Shown in pieces: positions 38,122-48,858 of a stretch of DNA of 64,000 nt (position 1 is its first letter; each line of letters begins with the position of its first letter). The translations under genes were made by a program, and so were the position numbers. Location of the stretch: NCBI GenBank assembly GCA_052426225.1, contig JBNJNM010000015.1, forward strand, positions 1,612,001 to 1,676,000, read 5' to 3'. The DNA comes from Zancudomyces culisetae HAW-14-8. Lineage: Eukaryota > Fungi > Kickxellomycota. Under the pieces are notes generated by a model. That model saw nothing but the letters and a program-made list of their open reading frames with translations. It was not told where the DNA came from and did not search any database.

Positions 38122-38848
38122 ATGGTCGAAGATAAACAAGGATGGATATTTGAATCGGCCAAATACACAATGATTGGAGGAGGGGTCGGATTGATGGTCA
38201 GCGCTTTTCAAAATTCATTCCAAACCCATAATTCTGGGGCAATGGGTGTCTTTACACGAACTGGAGGATCAATTGCGTATGTTGGTAAGTTATTGCGCCA
38301 TAAAATTTGGCGTACTTAATTCAAATTTCAACGCTGCCTTGTATACGACCTTTAAGCACAGGATTCAATTGTGTGAGTGGTGTTGAATGAAGAGGAATTT
38401 ACTGAAGATAACTATGTGATGTTGGTAGTAATAATCTTATTTCAAAAACGAATAAATGACGGTACATTAACGGAATTTCTTTTACTTAATAGCTGCAATG
38501 GGTGGAATCTTTGCTGGAGTTAAAGAATACTCGCGCATATCAAGAGAAAAGGATGATTTCTGGAACACAGTGATAGGAGGTTGCGCTTCAGGACTTGTAG
38601 CAGGACTTAGAAGTAAGTGCTTAATGGATTATTTACACAGGTCACAAAATAAATAAACATATATTCATAAATCATTAGAGAAGTCAGTTCCTGCTGCCCT
38701 GGGAATAAGCGTGTTTATGGGAGGAAGCTTGGGTCTGTTTGAATATTTAGGAGGTTTCGATGGTAAAATGGGAGAGCTAAGTAGCATCGAGCGCGAAAAG
38801 GCACTTAAACAGAAATTTGCAGACCAAATTGATAGCACCTACCTTTGA
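38122..38848 (+). CDS. NDUFA11: Complex I subunit NDUFA11 / 21.3 kDa (Tim17/22/23 family), three exons
   Basis: GVGLMVSAFQNSFQTHNSGAMGVFTRTGGSI / AAMGGIFAGVKEYSRISREKDDFWNTVIGGCASGLVAGLR / KSVPAALG...; this is the fungal NUO21.3b pattern. Confidence 0.85.
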
Positions 38849-39077
38849 TTTATGGCATTATCATATCATTCTCTTTACAGTCCCCTATCCTGGGGTTCGT
38901 ACCTTTTTGTTTTGGGTCTTTATACCAGATATTTATTTTTCTTTTATGGATACATAAATAAACCAAAGATTTAACATTAAGGCTAATCGAGAACAAAAAT
39001 CTAAATAGCTTTCAATTGTAGAGTATGAATGTAGGCTTTTAAACACATGTAATAGAATATACTTTGGAAAATACACA

Positions 39078-40767
39078 TCATACTAAATTTCCCTTGACAG
39101 TATCCTCATCTATCGGTATAGCAGAATACCCATCCCCCACATCAACTGTAAGGTCCACATTAACACTCTTCAAGGCATTGACAATCCATCTTGGGACCTT
39201 TGCTCCAAATCTGGTTTTCATATAGTTCCTGACAAACTCTGGAAATCTATCTTCAAAAATGGATAGCCGAAGCTCTCTCATTAATCTCATCTGAAAGGCA
39301 ATATTGTGAATGGATATCAAATGACAACCAACAGTTTCCTTGGCGACTACAGAGTGTAGGTAGGCTCTGGTATATTTTCTACAGGTCATACATTGACAAT
39401 CTTTATCTATTGGCCCGAAATCCGCTTCATATTTTCCTGAACGTAGAGGAATTGAACCCTGCATCACCAACGCATTGCCAAATCTCTACATTTACATATT
39501 AGCACATTAATATTCTGTAGGATGTATATTAAATAGGATGTGAAGGTTTTATCATATCCCCCTCCCCCTCTTTTTTTACATTTCTACTTAACGCTGTTGA
39601 ATCGTGATAGTTAATTAATATCTTTTTCCAAAAAAAAAAACAAAACAAAGTCATAAAAACACATTTTAGATACTTACAGCAGTCCTTGTTGGAAATACAC
39701 AATCATACATGTCAACGCCGAGTGCTGAGCACACTACCAAATCTTCTGCATACCCTACACCCATACAGTACTTAGGCTTGGCCTCAGGCAAAGTTTGCGC
39801 ACTGAGTTTAACCATTCTCCAAAAAGAATCCTTTTTTTCACCACCACTTAACCCACCAATGGCGTATCCTGGTGCATCTCGCTTGGTTAGCTCTATTGCA
39901 GATATTTTTCGCAACTCTGGATCTAGCCCACCTTGAACTATAGGAAATAGATTTTGTTTTTCTGGATTTTTGTTTGCCTTGATACTACGGTCAAGCCACC
40001 TAATCGATCGATACATGGCCTCTTCAACGCGTGGTCCCTCAACCAACGAAGATACTACATCATCAAGCTGCATCATTATGTCTGCACCTATGGTGTTTTG
40101 CAGACCAATCGATTCTTCTGGAGTCAATAAAAGTTTTTTTCCATCATATGGATTTTCAAACTCGACGCCCTCTTCTGTAATATTTGCAAGTTTAAGTAGT
40201 GACACCATTTGAAACCCACCACTATCCTATTCCACATTGAGTTTCAATTTTTATAACTGTTATAAGTATTATTTGATAACTACTAGTGTAAATACTAGTA
40301 TCGTTAAAACCCTTTCACAAACTTACAGTTAATAGCCCTCGGTTCCATCTCATAAACTTATGTAATCCACCCGCCTGTTCCATAATCTCTGACCCAGGTT
40401 TACACCCTAAGTGGTATGTATTACCTAAAATAACGTGACAATCCAGATCCTCCAGTTGTTCGGTGGTTAGCCCCTTCATAGTTCCCATTGTCCCAACAGG
40501 CATAAACATTGGTGTTTGTGCCGTATAATGTGGCAGGTGTAGCAGCGAAACCCTAGCATTTGTGGTTGAACACTTTGCATATATCTCAAATTTCAGCGCT
40601 GGTGATTCTGATGAGATCAACGGTACCCTATTCTTGTAATACCAATTGCAATTTCTCACAATTCCTTTTTCCTCTTCTGGCTCTGCACTGTCTTTCAGCC
40701 TCAATCGCTTGCTGTCTATATCGTTACCTTCCAAATCCACTGTCATTTCTCTTTTTGCCTTTGTCAT
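39078..40767 (-). CDS. QTRT1: Queuine tRNA-ribosyltransferase catalytic subunit (eukaryotic TGT), three exons
   Basis: [74 protein letters not shown], Zn site CQCMTC...HN. Confidence 0.96.
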
Positions 40768-40973
40768 AAAGTTTTGTGATACAATATGGTTTTTCTTCAA
40801 AGTTGATTGAAGGGGAATGGATCTTAAAAACCCCTTTGTTCTGATTCCAAAAATTGCCAAAGTAATTGTCGATTTGTTTATATTGAGCTAGGATCCAAAG
40901 TTAGGATACTATGTTTTCTCTTGTTTTTTTGCTTTTAGATGTATTTACAGGTTGTTTGATAAACCCTCACATA

Positions 40974-41008
40974 TATTTGTATTTGTATTTGTATTTGTAT
41001 TTGTATTT
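40974..41008. repeat. (TATTTG)n hexamer microsatellite
   Basis: About 5.8 tandem copies between the divergent QTRT1 and FMT1 starts. Confidence 0.85.
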
Positions 41009-41421
41009 CTAGGTTTCTAACATCATTTCAACTCATGGTATTTATTCCAGCATTTTGAAATTTTCGTGCAAAAAAATTTTTTATGATTGATCATGTTTTC
41101 GCGAAATTACCAAATAATGGAATACATTCAAAAAAAAGGACAATTTCTACGCCAATGGAGCCTGATCTTGATCCTAATTCGTCGACTTGTTTCAAGCTTT
41201 GCTATTAAGGGTAGTGTAGTGTTATCATCAGGTGAACTAACACGTCCTTTTCTTTTTTGGCGTACACTTTGGACTACATTTGTTTTATTTTGGTAAAGCT
41301 GTAATCTTGATATACTAACAAAAAATTGTAGAAAAAACCAAAATATCTATAGATAACCTTCTCACTGAATAATACCGAAATCGATCTTTTATAACGAATA
41401 GCCATAAATATATCTCGCAAA

Positions 41422-43332
41422 ATGTTAGGCCTTGACTCACGTTCGAATCCAAAATTCAAATTTCTCATCGAAAGAAGTGTTTTGTCACCACTTCGACATA
41501 TGAACTTCAGCTGTACAAAGGTATGTAAATAAAAGCTTTTATATTACACAATATATTGATACGTCGTGTATAAAAACCCGATACCATCGGATTACTAGTA
41601 TTCAAATGCCTCACGTTTTGATTAAATAGAATATCAATTACAAGCTTCTTTTCTTTGGAACAGACAATTTTTCGATAAAAACCATCGAACCCCTGCTAAA
41701 ATACAAAGGTATTCATCGAAACTTTACGACCAGTCCGTTAATTTGGGACACGATATTAAGCATTAATGGTAATAGTATCAAATCGAAAATGGCCTAACTA
41801 AATAAATATCCATTTTGTCAGGCATTTCAGACAGTGTTGTAGAAAAATTATCAGTAGTAACCCCACCAGACCAAAAAGCAGGAAGAAAGCATCAGCAGTT
41901 AATCCAAGGTATCTAGAGCTATCTTATCTTTAGACTGACCACCCCCCCTTCTCAAATACACATATATTATCTTATACATTTCAGTTAACACACTTAACTG
42001 TCTATTTACATACCAAATAAACAAAAAATGTAGCTCCGCTTTCAAAATTTGCAAAAGAAAACGACTTGCAAACATATCACGCACCACCAAGATCATTGAA
42101 GGATTGGGAGGTAAACACACAACTTTTGTATTTCTATAAATCTTAACCTGACACCAGAATAACTTGTCCTATAGGTGCCAAAGGACGAAAATGGCGAATA
42201 TGACTATGATTTGGCTGTGGTGTCTAGCTTTGGATACTTTATCCCGGATCGAGTTTTAAATTGCTTTAAATTCGGAGCAATTAATGTACACCCCTCACTT
42301 TTACCAAAGTATGACTCTTCTCTATTTACACCTCTTTCATATGAAAACTTTTTCATCATTTCCATTATAAATACGCATTTTATATTTTGTGACATTTATG
42401 TTTCTTTTAATTTTGTTTACCAGTGATACCATGTCGACGTGTATTAAACTACCATGATCCATAGGTATAGAGGTGCATCGCCTATTCAATTCGCGATTTT
42501 GCACTCAGAGGAAGAAACAGGCGTTAGCATACAGGAGGTACATCCGAAAATAATAGATGGTGGAAACATCTTGTCTCAAGTCAAAACTGTAAGTTATCCA
42601 TTTTCCTGGGATTTTAATGTTCTTTTGGTAATATCATAAATGTTCTAATAGAAAATTCCAGCAAACGTAGTAAGGGTGGATTTAGAAAACATTCTAGGTA
42701 AAATTGGCGGCGAGGTGTTGGTTGAAACGATTAAAGACTACGCTAACCTAAAGGTAAAATAATACCCCACCATGTTTATTTATTGCTCTTGATTCTTCAT
42801 TTTTCTCATACACTCATATTAATATATTATGTATATTTTGCATTATTTTTGTCATTACCATTGTGTTTACCATCACATATACCTAGTATTTTACTATCAT
42901 AACTAGAAAAACGCAACTACTCAGGATGAGAGCGAAATAACAATTGCACCTAAAATCCAAAAGTCTGATGCAAACATCAACTGGCTAACCGATTCTGCAA
43001 AAATTATTTATAACAAATTTAGAGCGTTCGGAGATAAAATCCCACCTAAAACGACCTTTCGAAGCGGTAAAAAAACCGTCGGAATTCAGTTTATTTCTCT
43101 TTCCCTGCCAGCAGATAACGAAGCTGCCGAACTTCAAAAATTTATGTCTGCCAATGCAACACCTGGTAGTTTATATCTGGCAAGTAAAAACCCTAAATAT
43201 TTTATAACCACTTGCGCAGATGGGAGCTTGCTTAAGGTTGATAAAGTGAAAGTTGATGGAAAAAACATCGTCGGGGTTACTGATTTTGTCAATGGCTACT
43301 CGGTTGTATCGGAACAATTTGCATTTACATAG
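41422..43332 (+). CDS. FMT1: Mitochondrial methionyl-tRNA formyltransferase, multi-exon
   Basis: YKLLFFGTDNFS; VVTPPDQKAGR; YDLAVVSSFGYFIP...AINVHPSLLPK/YRGASPIQFAIL...TGVSIQ...IDGGNIL; TQDESEITIAPKI...INW; DFVNG near the C-terminus. Confidence 0.92.
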
Positions 43333-43679
43333 TTTACACCCTTTTTGGAATCGTATTAATTAAAAATAAAACAAAAAGCATCTGTTCTCTCAACGCTGAA
43401 TATACTCTTAAAGCTAACAACTCGAGTAACTTTAAGTTGCACAGTTTTCCCCCGATTACTTGAGTTTAAATTATAATAACTGGTTTTTATCTCAGTCTAG
43501 CTTTTAGACATAGCGCAACATAATTGAATCGGCTTTGATTCAACAAAATAAGTGTTTATCTTAAAAAAGTGGAATAATCTAATCGACGTGAGGTATAAAA
43601 TCCTGTTTAAATAAACGGACCTAGTAAAAAAGTAGAGTTTGTAAGTAAAATTTAACTGGTAAAAAAATGATATCCCTGT

Positions 43680-44846
43680 CTATTTTCCTCGGTTGTGTTG
43701 GTATATCCATGGAAGATCGACTCCCAACTCACTCGCTGCGCGAAGAACAAACGTAGGTTCACTCAAGAACTTTCTAGCCAAAAGTACAACATCTGCCTTT
43801 CCACTACTAAGAATGTCTTCGACCTCACGTGGTTGGGTAATAAACCCGACAGCTCCGGTTGAAATACCTGCCTCTGTTCGTATTTGCTCAGCAAATGGAA
43901 CCTGGAAAAGTGGCTTGTAGTCAATTTTTTGCGAAGCAGTAATACCTCCGCTACTGCAATCTACCAAATCTACACCCAGATCCTTAAGTCTCTTGGATAG
44001 CTCAACGCTGTCTTCTATTGTCCAACCACCTTCTACCCACTCTGTACACGAAAGTCTAACCCAGATTGACTTTCCACTTGGCCAGTTTTTCTTCATGCTA
44101 TCTACCACCTGAAGTAAAAGTCTAATTCTGTTTTCGAAACTTCCACCATACTCATCGGTTCTCTTGTTTGATGATGGTGACAAAAACTCGCTCAGTATAT
44201 ATCCGTGAGCGGCGTGGATTTCAGCAATCTCAAATCCAGCCTTATCGGCCCTAGCTGCAGCCTTTCCAAAGTCTTCAATAAGCTCCAATATCTCATCTTT
44301 GGTGAGTTCAATTGGATCTGCATTATCAGCATTAAATGGGATGGCACTTGGTGCTTTGACATTGTTTGGCCATCCACCGCTTGCCTCAGACGCCACTTCA
44401 TCTCTACCTCTCCATAGAGGAAGCGTGGATGCCTTTCTACCTGCGTGCCCAAGTTGAATTCCAGGCACAACGCCATGCATCTTGATGATTCTTGCAACTC
44501 TACTAAGCCCTTCAACATGCTCGTCCTTGTAGATTCCGAGACAGTTTATTGAAATTCTACCATTTGCTTGTACATTTGTGGCTTCGACTATTACGGCTCC
44601 CGGTTGCTTCATTGCAAGACCGCCGTAGTGTGCAATGTGCCAATCTGTTGAAAATCCGTCTTGGGATGAATACATACACATGGGCGAGACCACAATCCTA
44701 TTTTTCAGCTCCACATCCCTGAACTTGATTGGGGTAAAGGTCATTGGAAGAGCACCTGAGCGTGCTGTTGCTTCATGAGACTGGTGGTGGAAGTACTCCC
44801 TTGGGTCCTCAACAAAGTGCGAATCAACATCTACTATTTTGACCAT
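43680..44846 (-). CDS. Old Yellow Enzyme family NADPH dehydrogenase (YqjM/NamA-like subclass), copy A
   Basis: LKNRIVVSPMCMYSS, IVEAT, IQLGHAGRKAS, EIHAAHGY, NKRTDEYGGSFENRIR, DCSSGG; intronless, 388 aa. Confidence 0.95.
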   Translation of the reverse strand: MVKIVDVDSHFVEDPREYFHHQSHEATARSGALPMTFTPIKFRDVELKNRIVVSPMCMYSSQDGFSTDWHIAHYGGLAMKQPGAVIVEATNVQANGRISINCLGIYKDEHVEGLSRVARIIKMHGVVPGIQLGHAGRKASTLPLWRGRDEVASEASGGWPNNVKAPSAIPFNADNADPIELTKDEILELIEDFGKAAARADKAGFEIAEIHAAHGYILSEFLSPSSNKRTDEYGGSFENRIRLLLQVVDSMKKNWPSGKSIWVRLSCTEWVEGGWTIEDSVELSKRLKDLGVDLVDCSSGGITASQKIDYKPLFQVPFAEQIRTEAGISTGAVGFITQPREVEDILSSGKADVVLLARKFLSEPTFVLRAASELGVDLPWIYQHNRGK

Positions 44847-45430
44847 TTTTTTTCTTGGTTTTTTCTTCTTGCTGCTTTTTTTTTCACCTTGTTACACTAT
44901 TTTGATATTTTTTGTATCAACAGTGGAATTAAAGCTATTATAATCTTCCTGATTGTGTTTACTAGTGAAGTCTTGTTTATTTACTAGGAAGAATCTAGGC
45001 TATTTATACTTGCATTTTCCTTCCATCTTTTTGAGTTGTACTATTTAACACGCTATTAGTTCAAATAACTCGCTAAAAGCCAAAGATCAACTTGAATATT
45101 AATTAATTTGCCTTGATGCTAATTGGAATTAAAAATCATCCACTTTTCTTCCTAATCCTTCTGTTTGAGAATTGAGATTGTCAAATATTTCCTGGGAAAA
45201 TGTGGTTTCTGGTTACAGGATTTGATCATCATTTGCTCTCTAGCCTAATGCATTCGTGATTTTAACCACTCAGTTTTGCTGTTCACAAACAATCGTAAAA
45301 ACGCTATACAAGCACAAAAATTGGAAAATTGGAATTCGATTAAGTCTCGACAACTATTGAATAAATTGCAAATCTGTTATTAATTTTAATTGGGCATACC
45401 AAAAACGTTGCATTTTTAAACAAAAAGCTG

Positions 45431-45720
45431 ATTACTAATCATACCTCAAACTGACTTCCGGATATGAACTCCTTAGAAGGATGTTTGTGGATTAGTCAGA
45501 TATATGTAGGAGCTCATTTTTAGCTCTTGTAGTATTTAATTAGGAAGTATATCATGCAAAAACAAAAAGATTACTAATCATACCTCAAACCGACTTTGGA
45601 ATATGAACTCCTTAGAAGGATGTTGGGAGGATTAGTCAGATATATGTAGGAGCTCATTTTTAGCTCTTGTAGTATTTATTTAGGAAGTATATCATGCAAT
45701 AACAAAAAAATTACTAATCA
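45431..45720. repeat. Direct tandem duplication, ~139-140-bp unit (2 copies plus the start of a third)
   Basis: ATTACTAATC starts at 45431, 45570 and 45710. The two full units differ at fewer than about 10 positions. Confidence 0.95.
45432..45717. promoter_or_regulatory. Cluster of putative AP-1/Yap1 response elements upstream of OYE copy A
   Basis: TTACTAA at 45432, 45571, 45711 and TTAGTCA (reverse complement TGACTAA) at 45492, 45632. Both match known Yap1 response elements; function here is inferred. Confidence 0.5.
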
Positions 45721-46255
45721 ATTCACCTGTAAATTATTTAAAATTCAAGATATATCATACAATGCTAGAATATTCAGTGTGCCTTCAAAATTACATCGAA
45801 CAGCACTGCAAAAAAATTAGAAGCACAACCTCTTTGCTTCGGGAGTTAAGTTGACCTTTTCAGAATAGAAATTGGTTTAACCCATTAAGCGCACAATTAA
45901 ACTAGATAGCCATCCCAGAACTTTGCATTTGAGATGAACTACTACTATTTGCCCAAGTACACACACGGAAAAACTCTGTAAAAAGGGCTTGCGGTTCACT
46001 TGCAAGAATATGGTTTCTGCGGGGTTATGTGCAATTATAAGCTACGTTAGCATCAAGCACGATATCATTCTGGAATTGAGATTTTTATGCTCCCAAGGCA
46101 CAACCACAACTAAATACCCTAGTTGATGGTTATGGTAGTTTTGGTGAATATTATTAACATCAATTTATTTACAAATGCTATAAAACAGGAAAACGTGTGA
46201 TTAGTAATGAAATACTGCAAGTAAAATCCTGCTTGCAAAAATGTGGAATCCCTGT

Positions 46256-47422
46256 CTATTTTCCTCGGTTGTGTTGGTATATCCATGGAAGATCGACTCC
46301 CAACTCACTCGCTGCGCGAAGAACAAACGTAGGTTCACTCAAGAACTTTCTAGCCAAAAGTACAACATCTGCCTTTCCACTACTAAGAATGTCTTCGACC
46401 TCACGTGGTTGGGTAATAAACCCGACAGCTCCGGTTGAAATACCTGCCTCTGTTCGTATTTGCTCAGCAAATGGAACCTGGAAAAGTGGCTTGTAGTCAA
46501 TTTCTTGAGAATCAGTAATACCTCCGCTACTGCAATCTACCAAATCTACACCCAGATCCTTAAGTCTCTTGGACAGCTCAACGCTGTCTTCTACTGTCCA
46601 ACCACCTTCCACCCACTCTGTACACGAAAGTCTAACCCAGATTGACTTTCCACTTGGCCAGTTTTTCTTCATGCTATCTACCACCTGAAGTAAAAGTCTA
46701 ATTCTGTTTTCGAAACTTCCACCATACTCATCGGTTCTCTTGTTTGATGATGGTGACAAAAACTCGCTCAGTATATATCCGTGAGCGGCGTGGATTTCAG
46801 CAATCTCAAATCCAGCCTTATCGGCTCTAGCTGCAGCCTTTCCAAAATCTTCAACAAGTTCCAATATCTCATCTTTGGTGAGTTCAATTGGGTCTGCATG
46901 GAACTCATCGTATGGGATGGCACTTGGTGCTTTGACATTGTTTGGCCATCCTCCACTTGCCTCGGAAACAATGGCACCCCGAGTCACCCACAATGGGAAT
47001 GATGAGGCTTTTCTGCCTGCATGTGCAAGTTGAATTCCAGGCACAACGCCATGCATCTTGATGATTCTTGCAACTCTACTAAGCCCTTCAACATGCTCGT
47101 CCTTGTAGATCCCAGGACAGTTTATTGAAATTCTACCATTTGCTTGTACATTTGTGGCTTCGACTATTACGGCTCCCGGTTGCTTCATTGCAAGACCGCC
47201 GTAGTGTGCAACATGCCAGTCGGTCATAAATCCATCTTGGGATGAGTACATACACATGGGCGAGACCACAATCCTATTTTTCAGCTCCACATCTCTGAAC
47301 TTGATTGGGGTAAAGGTCATTGGAAGAGCACCTGAGCGTGCTGTTGCTTCATGAGACTGGTGGTGGAAGTACTCCCTTGGGTCCTCAACAAAGTGCGAAT
47401 CAATATCTACTATTTTGACCAT
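46256..47422 (-). CDS. Old Yellow Enzyme family NADPH dehydrogenase (YqjM/NamA-like subclass), copy B
   Basis: 388-aa paralog of copy A with the same catalytic motifs (SPMCMY, HAAHGY); 22 amino-acid differences by manual comparison. Confidence 0.95.
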   Translation of the reverse strand: MVKIVDIDSHFVEDPREYFHHQSHEATARSGALPMTFTPIKFRDVELKNRIVVSPMCMYSSQDGFMTDWHVAHYGGLAMKQPGAVIVEATNVQANGRISINCPGIYKDEHVEGLSRVARIIKMHGVVPGIQLAHAGRKASSFPLWVTRGAIVSEASGGWPNNVKAPSAIPYDEFHADPIELTKDEILELVEDFGKAAARADKAGFEIAEIHAAHGYILSEFLSPSSNKRTDEYGGSFENRIRLLLQVVDSMKKNWPSGKSIWVRLSCTEWVEGGWTVEDSVELSKRLKDLGVDLVDCSSGGITDSQEIDYKPLFQVPFAEQIRTEAGISTGAVGFITQPREVEDILSSGKADVVLLARKFLSEPTFVLRAASELGVDLPWIYQHNRGK

Positions 47423-48858
47423 TTTTTTTTAGTTTTACTTGGCTTTAATATCTCCAATTCTCGATGCGAGGCGGGTATGCTGAAAAGGATAAGATTGTAT
47501 TGCAGTAAAGAAATAGTTTTTTTTTTGATGAAAAATAATTCCCCCAGTTTTTATACTTTTTTTTTTTGCAATCAAGTCAAGTTGGCAAAGAGGAAGCCGT
47601 CCAACCAGCTCTAGAGGAAAAATCAAACAGTCAAAAAAAAAAAGGTCCTAAGTTGCTTGAAATCCTCTTGCCACAATAAAGTGGCACGAATATATTTGTT
47701 ATAAATCGGTAGAAAAATCCTAGCTAATGATGTTGCAATTTCTACTATATATTAGCTAATCTGGTTTACAACACTTTCCATTTCATTCTATAACACTTCC
47801 TACATTTCTATCGCCCCTTCCACTCCTTTTTTTGGTTTTCCCAAAACCAACTCGTCCTCCCCTCTGACAGTATTAATTGTTGGATCGGAAAAGATTACTA
47901 ATAGTCAGTATAATTTCATAGCTTTAAAACTAACTTTCGAGCTAGAACGATTTTTTGGCTTAGATGGATTTTATCAGAAGTTAACCAACTGGATTTTTGG
48001 CGCTTTCAAACTTTGTAAAAACATTAACGCTAACGAATGGGTTAAAAAACTATCTCATAATACTGTGTGTAATGCGGGAATATATTTTTTAGTCAGTGTG
48101 ATACTGGATTGATTTAGATCGATTGTCCTTCTCCTAGAGTTTTATTCATCAGGTGTTGATTAACATTTTGTAAAGCAATCAAAGCTTGGTGATCGAGATA
48201 ACAAGATAGTGTTGAATGTGCTAGTATCATTCAGCCATCACACCATTTATAGGTGAATACAAACTGAAAACATAAAACGCAAAACATAAAACTAGTGAAT
48301 AAAGAAAGAGAGGTAATTGTAATGTTAGTCTATTAGCGGGGTTTTAAAGCATGAAATACTGAGAATGATGGCGAATAGAAAGATGATGTGTGATGACTTT
48401 CTTTGCCCCTTTTTCTTCCTGTCTATAGCTCATAATTCTTTTTGCCACTGAAGTTGTAGAATAAAGTTGTGATAGCAATCGCATATGGTTTAACAGCGGT
48501 AAATATAGTACTAGATATAACAACACTTGTATTGAATGGCGTTTAGCTTATAGTAGTGTTTTATTCGGATATAGGGGGTATTAAATTACACTTACTGATC
48601 GCCTAAATTATATTTATTTTTAACCCTTTTTAGAACATTTTTAAGTCCCATTTTCGTGTTGTATTTTTTTCATTTTCAGCCAATGCGGATTAGTGTGTTA
48701 GGAAGGCAATTGCAGAATGAGAAAAAATTTTATTCAGGAAAGACGAAAATTTTAGTAAATGCTAAATGTTTTATTTACGATATTTTGTTCAATCATAAAC
48801 AAGAGCAAAACTCAATAAATGTAAAAAAAGCGAATACAATAAAACGAAAATAGCAAGA

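Noticed and set aside
41441-41450. GTTCGAATCC, a tRNA T-loop/B-box-like sequence
   Set aside because: It lies in the first coding exon of FMT1, and no T-stem, acceptor stem or cloverleaf can be formed around it.
45431-45720. Repeat as a CRISPR array or LTR/transposon end
   Set aside because: It is a head-to-tail duplication with no unique spacers, no TG..CA termini, no target-site duplication and no nearby transposase or cas gene.
43680-47422. OYE pair as part of a secondary-metabolite gene cluster
   Set aside because: The neighbours are housekeeping genes (FMT1, NUP84); no PKS, NRPS, transporter or pathway regulator is present in the window.
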